Source: Lingula anatina (taxonomy: Eukaryota; Animalia; Brachiopoda). Taken from it: a DNA stretch of 64,000 nt. Below are positions 54,968 through 64,000 of the stretch, in pieces (position 1 is the stretch's first letter; each line of letters begins with the position of its first letter). A program made the position numbers and the translations under genes. Where the stretch lies: contig CM120648.1 in the NCBI GenBank assembly GCA_051362555.1, positions 8,242,587-8,306,586 of the forward strand, written 5' to 3'. Below the pieces are notes generated by a model, which worked only from the letters and a program-made list of their open reading frames with translations, did not search any database and had not been told where the DNA came from.

Positions 54968-56565
54968 AGACAAGGTAGTTTTGCATCAGTAGTGCGACCT
55001 TACTACACTTAAAAATGTGAGGGAGAAAAGAGAAAAAAAAACAATAATATTTGAATATATAATTATTTTTCCAAAATGAAGGTTGGCACAGCTAGGATAG
55101 CACATTTAAAGGTGGAGAACAGTGCCTGGAACTGCTTCTATGTGGCATTTGGAATTGTGGATTACTTTGCTGCCGCTTGTATCACATAATATGATATGTG
55201 TGAAATCTGTGTAACTAAAATATTTTTGTGTATGCAGTCTGTATAATATTAAATTTTCATTCATTATTGCAGTGCAATTTACAAAATTAATTTCAGATAA
55301 GAAACCTATCCATTGAAGTTTGCCAACTTATTTTCTGGACTGCAAAATGGCTTTGTGGAGTTGCCAGATTTACTGATTTTATTAATTCTCTTTTTGAGTA
55401 TAGGTGGACACATTTTCCGTGCTGAGGATAAAAAGAAAAATGTCTGTCTATATGCCATGATGTAACTGTCTTCTGAAAAAATAAGGGTATACATTTTTAT
55501 TTTTCATAATTTTTATTGTAGTTGCCTTACCCAAGTTACATAAGACCCAGTTGGTTCTATCTATATAAAAGCAGTCACATCAAGATTTTTTAACCACGAA
55601 TTGTTTAATATACACAATTTATTTGCTCATCAATTATATGCCACTTAATATACATTTTAATACATTGAGATGTTTTTCTGCAATGTTTATTATTTGAGTA
55701 AAAATATGTGAAGAAAATTATACACCTTTATAAGTCAAGAGGTGATCTTATTTATTAGTTGCAATTATTGCTAGTTATACAATAAATAAACTTGTAAGTG
55801 CTTTATTGTCTTGATTTCGCTATAATAAACCGAGTAACATTGATGTAAAGGAGAAATAAAAGCTGGAACATGGAAACTTGTTGTTTATTGTCGGGTTGAA
55901 ACTAAATCGTCAAAAAAGTTAAATTTGTCAACTTGAGCCTTGATTAAATTTACCAAGGGAGTCGCACGATAAAATGTACACGATTTCTTTGACATCGCTA
56001 GTAGCTACGGGCTAATGCGAGTACTTATACATTACGTGAAGGTACTTTGCCATTTCTCTGACATGAACTTGAAGTCGCGTAGGGAAATTTTGGTTGTCGG
56101 TTGAAAAGTGATCACACGGAGTCCTTTTAGTCTGCTAGCAGTTGCCGCACGCCTTCCGTGCTTTCTTGAAGATCGGTACGTTGTTGATGCAGCCCCTTAC
56201 CATTATTTCGCCCATGTGGCCTGAGTTAGAAAACGCACAACTTCAAATCCATACAATTACGCTAGGTTTTAAACATCTTTACTATTGTTATGCACCATAA
56301 AACCACCAAAGGTGTAAGGGAAAGAGACCAACAACAGGTTCAACCACTATCACGATTGCCGCAAGTACACGCACAATGTTTGAACTGGCCGGCTGGAACT
56401 GTGCGCTTCCATCTACGATAAGGAATCGCTGACGGGCTTCCGATTTGAAAACTTGTCAAAAGTTTAAATTTGACAAAATCGTATAGACTACGGAGGCTGC
56501 GAATACGTATCATTATTGCTTGCCTCTGCACAGACGCCGCACAAAAAATGACCCAGGGTCCATTA

Positions 56566-56784
56566 GAACAGATGATCCGAGGACTAACTGATCCCCCGAC
56601 TAAATATGGCCGACCCCACTTCAAAAACGACATTCTCCCCGCCTCCACACGAGCCGTCGCTGCAGGGGCCTAGAAACCGGGGAGCCGAGATTTAATCCGT
56701 TTAATGGCGGGGAGACTACCGAGAATCAGCGGCATCACTTCTGAAGTGGGGTCGGCCATATTTAGTTGGCTGATCATCTTGTTC
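56566..56784. mobile_element. MITE (GAACA.. TIR with actaaatatggccgaccccacttca arms)
   Basis: Perfect ~25 bp inverted arms; related to 43346-43508. Confidence 0.75.
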
Positions 56785-56826
56785 TGAATGCGCCCTTACA
56801 GGCAGCATATGAGCACCGCACAGATA

Positions 56827-57046
56827 GGGGAGACCGGGGCTAGTTGGACCCCAAGGTAAGTTGGCCCCCATCAATTTATGACAAAGAATTGATCACATCA
56901 TTTTGTAAAGTGGCCGTATCCAATAGTGCTAATAAAGCGTCGGCAGTGAGTCCAAATGAAATAATTAAGCATCTTAAAGTAACTTTATTAAAGAGCCTTG
57001 ATGGGGGGTCAACTTACCCCGGGGTCCAACTAGCCCCGGTCTCCCC
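56827..57046. mobile_element. MITE, TA TSD, same family as 17077-17289 in the opposite orientation
   Basis: Long TIR GGGGAGACCGGGGCTAGTTGGACCCC; the internal sequence is the reverse complement of the 17077 copy. Confidence 0.88.
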
Positions 57047-57579
57047 TATTGTTTGTCAAATCACTGTCAAATGCCATCCAGGCTTTATCAATATTTTGTA
57101 AGACTGTCAGTGTATTTTTAATTTACGTATGTATATAGAAAAAACAAGATTGCTTTCAGCTGGACCAAAAACACTGGGATAAATGAAGGTGATGAATCTC
57201 ACCGGAAACATTGAACCAATGGTTAATTTAGATATATTGATGTATAGATAGATACAGGCATATAGATATTTCTTCGATATATGGTATAAAGGCAATGAAA
57301 TAAAACCCAGCACCTGCAACCAATGCTTAATTTAGATATCTCGTAAAATGTTTCTTCGATATATGATATAAAGTCAATGAAGTAAATCCCAACACCTGTC
57401 TCTTTCTAGTAATGCATATGTTATAAATACAAATCAATTTTACAACTGAAAAGTATGTTAGAGGCCTTAATCAGTTAGCAGAATTGAAGAAGTTGCAATT
57501 TCGTAACGAAGATTAGGTCAATATGTGACAGTGCCAGTTTCGATATATTCAGGCGAAAGCGAAAGTGGCAGAATCAAGC

Positions 57580-60444
57580 TTAAAAACCAAACCTTCTGGA
57601 ATATTTTCTTGAATACTTTCTCGCATATATCTTTTTGACAATATCATGATGGTTGAACGATATTGCCGAGTTTTTCACGGCAACTAGCCTCGTTGGCGCC
57701 CCACTCCCGTCAACATGAAGCATATGGAAGACAAATGCAGTGTATCCGGTTGGTGGCAGCTTGTCGAGATTGGCCACGCTCTCTATCGCGAGCAGCCTGG
57801 CGCGGAGAAAAGCCACGTGGGCCGGGAGAGATGTCGTCTGGCCTGCGTCAACACTATATGCGTCAGTCCCTACTCCGATGATTTTTCGGTTGTTTACCAA
57901 CCACTCAGCTGCCTCTCCTGAGAAACCGGGGAAATGAAGGAGAGACTGTCCTTGATCGTTTCTCCAGTGGGTGCGGTTAGCAGTTCCGAGGTACTTCTCA
58001 TAATCGTTCACGTAATTCCCCCATCCACTGTACAAAATTACCAGAGCATTGTCCGGTATCCGACCGTTCTCATATTCCCAATCACGGAGGTCTTTAACAG
58101 TCAACGTAGCGTCCGGGTTGTTTGCGGCTTTTTTGGAAATATCCACTCGGATGGCAGGACCAATGAGGGTGTGGGCTGGAATTTGATGGAGTCGCCACGA
58201 ACCTTTGATGAAGTGCGCAGGCGCATCCAGATTCGTCCCAACATGCTCCGGGCTACAAAAGTCGTTGGACTCGAGCCTAATGATATAGAAGTGTCTACAT
58301 AAAGGTGACAATCAATTCCAGTTGCTGGTTTATAATTAGATATGTCAAACTAGGGCTTTGAGGCTAACATGATCCACCATTATTCCGTTCAAACGTCATC
58401 AGACACTTATGCCACAATTTTAAGAAAAACAGATATTAGATCTTTACTGCCAGCTGGAATATTGGAGAAAAGTAACAGGCCTACCCAACTACCAGACTCG
58501 GCACCGAATGATCCTGAATTCACCGGTATATCAGACCACACTACTCGTTTTCAAGGTGTGTGTCAGATTGCATTACACAGTATCATACCCTGAACAAATT
58601 TTGAGTGGTGATGCAATGCTTTTTAACCCCGCTGAGAATTGTCACTTTCACATCGCGTACTAGGCAAGAGCGGTGTCACGTCTGATACTGTGTAATGCGA
58701 TCTGACACACACCTCGAAAACGGTTAGTGTGGTCTGATCTACCGGTGAATTCAGGATCATTCGGTGCTGAGTCTGGTAGTTGGGTAGGCCTGAGTAAGCA
58801 ATATTACTGAGGATCAACAAATCAATGTAGAACAGTAACGTAACGTGAAATAGGCACACTGAACAACTTTCTGATCAAGTTAATTTTTTCAATTAGCAAA
58901 ATTTACTATTTAAAAAGAACGTTCACTCGGTGACCAAAGCATACGCACCATACAGTATTTTTGCCCAGTCTGGTATAACCTCTACGTCTCACTAGTAGTT
59001 CAAAACTGGCACTACCCGGCCACACTACCGTGTTGTTATCAAGGGTGTGCGTAAGGTCAATTACGTCAGCCGGGCCGGGAGAAATTTGGACAGTTTTGAA
59101 CGCAATGATCCGCAAGGGGCCACCACTGCCGTCTTTTATTTTCATAGGCAGCATGGCCACTGAATATCCCTTGGGTGGAAGTTTGTCCAAATTGGCCACG
59201 ACCTCTGCCATGTAGATGTTGTTTTTGCTTAGAGGAAGATGCGCCAAAGCAGTTTTACTTGGTCCTATCGAGGGACTGTCAATTCCAACGGCTGAGATTC
59301 TCCTGTTTTCTGCCAGCCATTTGGCGGCGCTTTCGGCAACTGCGGGGAAATTAAGACGGGAGTTTCCGTCACTGTCTCTTGCATTACCTGTGCCGTTATA
59401 ACCAAAGAATGCAGCGCGATTGTTGATATATTTTCCCCAACCAGTGAAAACAAACAAGATGGCACCGTCTGGTATTTTGCCGTTGACCCTTTCCCATTTC
59501 ATCAGATCTTCCACCTCAAGGTTGGAGTTGGGATTGAGGTCTGCTTTGGCAGATATGTCGACTTTGATCGCTGTACCGAAAAACCTATGAGGTGGAATGT
59601 CTTGCACGTGCCATTTTCCGCGAGCAAAATGCGCAGGCGCGTCCATGTGGGTGCTTTGATGTTCTGGTCGGCAAATGTCATTGCTCTCAAACCTGAAGAG
59701 TCAATAATTTAATCATTGTTCAGAACTTGAACAACATATCTTTCTACTTTTGCGTATGCCAATTCTTCTTCAATCAACAGCTAATACTGAACATATTGTT
59801 CGTCTCGAATATTTGGAGGTCTATTATAAAAAATTCTCATTTGCAAAAAGAAAGAAGAAGAGGGAAAAGATAATAATGATGAATATTAAATCTACTACAT
59901 ATAGACATGCTTAAAACTGTGACGTAGATAAAAAATATTGCTTTCTACACGCTAGTTGGTACCACGGGATATTCAGCAGAGGCGGATCCAGGATTATTTG
60001 AGGGGGGGGGGGGGGGTCCGGAATAACAGGCCTCGGATATGAAGCCGTCCATCGCCGTGTTTTGGAGAGGAAACTGTCATTTGGTACAGATTAGAACTAT
60101 AATTTGGCTAGTCAAAATTCTCGTTTTAACAGGGGAATATTGGTGCTATATATATTTCAGAAACCGAAGGGTGGTTCAGGACCCCCTGACCCCCCTCTAA
60201 ATCCGCCACTGATTCATTGCGAGGTATAGGTCTACTATTTATTTACATACCACCCAGCTCCAAAATCCACTGGACCCCTGTAGATACGTTTGTATCGAAA
60301 CCCATCTCTCTCTCGCCCCGGCCAGACTAAACTGTCCTCTGACACCGCATACGTCATGTCTATGATCTCATGGGCGGCAGGACTCCAGTGCGCATGTACA
60401 ATGTGGTTGCATAGCAACAGCATTAGAACAGACGACGGCGCCAT
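57580..60444 (-). CDS. Secreted double-domain cyclase-family metallohydrolase (kynurenine formamidase KynB/isatin hydrolase-like), about 544 aa
   Basis: Exons 60251-60444 (signal-like MAPSSVLMLLLCNHIVHA; IIDMT..WPG), 58949-59692 (EHQSTHMDAPAHF..GIDSPS..E.VANLDKLPP..PMKIKDGSGGPLR, then a second VIDLTH..WPG) and 57580-58276 (EHVGTNLDAPAHF..GSGAPTRLVA) join in frame. Confidence 0.88.
58476..58792. mobile_element. Foldback MITE, ~110 bp TIRs (CAGGCCTACCCAACTACCAGACTC), 5-bp TSD AGTAA, in a cyclase intron
   Basis: Near-perfect arms; AGTAA at 58471-58475 and 58793-58797. Confidence 0.92.
59977..60211. mobile_element. MITE with short TIR CAG(A/T)GGCGGAT, flanks ATTCAG/ATTCAT
   Basis: Inverted termini, G-run and C-run subtermini, near-identical flanks. 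Confidence 0.7.
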
Positions 60445-60546
60445 TTTTAACTGAAGAAAAATAATTTTAATATACATGTGCATCTATGCCGAAAACTATT
60501 TTGCTCGAGTAATAAAAAACAGCTAGTTCTTTTGTACAATTCTTAA

Positions 60547-60884
60547 AGGGATAACAACTGTTCACTTGGCCAAAAAGTGGATTTTCCTGGGGTAAAGGAC
60601 ATATCCCATACTTACCCTACCAATGGTTAATGAATCCATTCCGACAAAGTTAGTTCCCTTTTTTTCTAAAATATTTGGTTTTTGTAATATTTTCTTATGA
60701 GATTATTACAGAGTGTAGCTATCTATGGAGGTCACGTGATGTGAAGGCAAGGGCAAATTCTAGAATACATGTAATTGCATCAACTGCCGTTTCAGTGGTA
60801 AAATATAATTTATTATATTTGAATGAGTTTTTTACACTGCATTTAATGTAAAATATGGATATCATACGAACAGTTGTTATCCCT
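60547..60884. mobile_element. MITE with 17-bp TIR AGGGATAACAACTGTTC and TTAA TSD (Kolobok-like)
   Basis: ttaa-agggataacaactgttc ... gaacagttgttatccct-ttaa. Confidence 0.8.
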
Positions 60885-60918
60885 TTAATAAGACAGTATT
60901 GCAAACTTGTTATCCCTT

Positions 60919-61970
60919 TAATAAGACAGTAATGCAAAGGTTTACTCTTGATATTGCACACTGGAATAAAGGACCTTTGAAGTTTTCAGATAAGGATCTC
61001 GAAATATATAGGTCTTCGGTGGAAGTTGGCTATCATCGTGTACAACATCGGAATAGCTTAGAAGGAATGAATTAGGTGTGATTACAAAATCCAGTCACGG
61101 CAGCATAGTCTGGGTAAACATACATAATGCATTTTGTCACGAAGATTTATTCGTTATTCCAAAGGAAAAAAAAAACAATTTTCTGTAGAATAAAAAGAGG
61201 CGAATTATGTAGGCCTATATTATAATTGGCCAAGTTTGTCGTTGATGTGGCCTGAATAAATATTGAACTTAAAAGAAATCAAATCGATTTATAAAAGGGG
61301 AAATTGAAATTCAATAATTTGCGCGCAATTGGCCAGAGATGCAAAACAGATGCACCGGTCCCACTAAAGTTCCAAATTAGACCAAGAAAACAAGTTTAGC
61401 CGTTGTTTTTTAAATGGTTTAAACTGGATATGAAAGTTTAATAAGACGGTATTGCAATGGTATACTCTTTTGCACATTGGAATAGAGGACCTTTGAAGTT
61501 TTCAGATAAGGATCTCGAAATATATAGGTCTATGGTGGAATTTGACTATCGTCGTGTATAACATTTGAATAGCTTTGGGGGAATTATATACGAGTGATTA
61601 CAAAATCCGGCCAGGGCGGCATAGTCTGCGTAAGCATACATAATGCATTTTGTCACGAAGATTTATTCAAAATTCCAATGAAAAAAAGTACTTTTTTTTC
61701 TCAATTTACTGTAGAATAAAAAGAGACAAATTATGTAGGCCTTAATTATAATTGGCCAAGTTTTGTCGTTGATAAGCATTATGTGGCTCGAATAAATATT
61801 GAACTTAAAACAAATCAAATCCATTTATAAAAGGGGAAATTGAAATTCAATAATTTGCGCGCAATTGGCCAGAGATGCAAAACAGATGCACCGGTCCTAC
61901 TAAAGTTCCAAATTAGACCAAGAAAACAAGTTTTGACGTTGTTTTTAGATGGTTTAAACTGGATATGAAA
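60919..61970. repeat. ~520 bp direct tandem duplication upstream of the first cyclase gene
   Basis: Units ~60919-61438 and ~61439-61970 align throughout. Confidence 0.9.
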
Positions 61971-63229
61971 ATGAATTTAAAATAACAATTCGTGATCACA
62001 GCCATATTACATCTCTCTGAGACAACAAACCGCCATCATGTCTATAAAATGGTGCAAACAACTCACGAAAAGTTTTATCTTTTTCAGAAAGAAAAGCCAT
62101 AAAACGATGGTAAAGATACACAAGTTCTTCGTTGTCTATAAAATGTTATTAGAATATCTATCCTACAATAAATCTGGGGTATAGAGTGTTCTAAACAACA
62201 ACATAAATGATAATTAACGCAGTTTTTCTTAGTTTGTGAATCTCTCTTTTGATCGAAGAAATGCGTCGTGGATGTTACTCCTTGAATGAATATTGAGTAA
62301 TTTGATCACTATGGTTTTACTTATATCATTCAAGATTCATATATGTTCAGTTCGCCTATAAAACCCAGCCACAATCTTCATTATTATATCTCTGAGCAAC
62401 GATGAAACACACCTTCCACACGCACTCTAACATAAGTTTGAAAACCATTCGTAACATAAGGGTTATAGCTTATAACAAAAAGTATATGTTAAAATCATCA
62501 CACTGATTTTTAAACACAAGTATTTCATCAATGTTTCTTAAAGATTACCTGGTTAAGCTTAAGCACATGTATATCAGTCACTACAGGTGACTTGCCTCTG
62601 AATATCTTCTGCAAGATCCTGGGGGTAGGAGAGATCTAGGGAGCTCTTCGTCTATGTGTGTGCAGATTAGATGTTGTTCTGCTTGTGTGCCTTTTGGGCA
62701 CCAAGGACGTGCCAAGATATGTTAAACCCATCTCACACGTGTTGTGTTGACATTAAGGTACAATCTGTACGTGAAGGAAGGCAATATTAAGGGACAATAT
62801 ATGTCTTATTAGGTCGGTAGCTTAGGTGAAAGATCACAGGATGCACGTACTTATTGGTTAGACTTGTCTTATAATGTCGGTTGCTCAGCTGTGTGAGCGT
62901 ACCTATTAGTCTCATCGTGATGTTTGTGCAGAAGCTGAGAACAATTGCAGTCCTAGTTTATATGCATTTAAAGAGTATGAAAAATAATGAATTTAAGACA
63001 TTTGAGTTTAGTATGAACAACTAGTGATTATTTTGCTACACCTTTCCTAAAAAGCCCAGTATTACACATCTGTTTAAACACTTCTAATAGACTCCAATGG
63101 AACAAAACATTACTAAAACAAGATCGTTTTCATTTACAATGTAAGATTGGAAAGCGCCTACGTTTGCATAAAGTATAACTATATATACTTGAAAACCTGT
63201 TATGCATATGGAAACTTTTTGCAACTGAT

Positions 63230-63956
63230 CTATAATAATGATTGCGTAAGGATAAATAATGAGGGCAAAAACAAAATGGCAGAAAGAGGGTGTAAGACAA
63301 AACCACTTGATGCTGCTTTCGTATCATCTGAGTTAAAACTAATTGCTGAATTTTTCACGGCAACCAGCCTCGTTGGCGCTCCACTCCCGTCAACATGAAC
63401 CATATGGAAGACAAATGCAGTGAATCCGGTTGGTGGCAGCTTGTCGAGATTGGCCACGCTCTCTAGCACGAGAAGCTTGGCGCCAAGAAAAGCCACGTGG
63501 GCCGGGAGAGATGTCGTCTGCCCTGCATCAACACTACGTGCGTCACTTCCGACTCCGATGAGTTTTCGATTGTTTTTCAACCACTCAGCTGCCTCTCCTG
63601 AGAAACCGGGGAAATGAACGAGAGCATGTCCTTGATAATTTTTCCAATGGGTGCGGTTAACAGTTCCGAGGTACTTCTTATAATCATCTACGTATTTCCC
63701 CCATCCACTGTACAAAAATACCATGGCATTGTCCGGTATCCGACCGTTCTCATATTCCCAATCATGGAGGTCTTTAACAGTCAACACGGCGTCCGGGTTG
63801 TTTGCGGCTTTTTTGGAAATATCCACTCGAATGGCCGGACCAATGAGGGTGTGGGCCGGAATTTGATGGATTCCCCATGAACCTTTGATGAAGTGCGCAG
63901 GCGCATCCAGATGCGTCCCAATATGCTCCGGGCCACAAAAGTCGTTGGTCTCGAGC
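63230..63956 (-). CDS. Last exon of a second cyclase-family paralog with a hydrophobic, GPI-signal-like C-terminus; 5' exons are outside the window
   Basis: Highly similar to 57580-58276; intact EHIGTHLDAPAHF; same acceptor position; tail SSGFVLHPLSAILFLPSLFILTQSLL*. Confidence 0.88.
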
Positions 63957-64000
63957 CTAATGGTGTACAATTGTATATATGAAGGCGACAATAAATTCCA

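Noticed and set aside
56340-57101. ORFs of 67-102 aa in a GC-richer patch
   Set aside because: They overlap MITEs and show no protein motifs.
62810-62940. tRNA/SINE-like start 'gtcggttgctcagctg'
   Set aside because: No B-box or cloverleaf could be completed.
57580-63991. Bacterial contamination or very recent HGT as the source of the cyclase ORFs
   Set aside because: Spliceosomal introns, host MITE insertions and a signal peptide show long residence in this genome; ancient HGT cannot be judged without a phylogeny.

Overview
AT-rich, intron-rich animal genomic DNA (invertebrate, plausibly a mollusc or other lophotrochozoan; the taxon is an inference). Spliced genes reconstructed by eye from GT-AG sites and recognisable protein motifs: CCDC30-like (-, runs off the 5' edge) head-to-head with RNF207 (+); GTF2H2/TFIIH p44 (-) head-to-head with OPA1 (+); a RING/B-box/coiled-coil/NHL TRIM gene (+) nested antisense in a GTF2H2 intron; and two tandem cyclase-family (kynurenine formamidase/isatin hydrolase-like) genes (-) at the right end. 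Between RNF207 and GTF2H2 lie an unassigned ~280-300 codon ORF, a decayed Gypsy element with PPT and 3' LTR, and several MITEs. The most notable item is the cyclase pair: a signal-peptide-bearing double-domain enzyme whose second domain has lost a metal-ligand His and whose hydrophobic (GPI-like) tail was lost by frameshift, next to a paralog that retains both. No prokaryotic systems, CRISPR arrays, rRNA or convincing tRNA genes were seen. Exon boundaries are manual and may be off by a few nt; no database searches were run.
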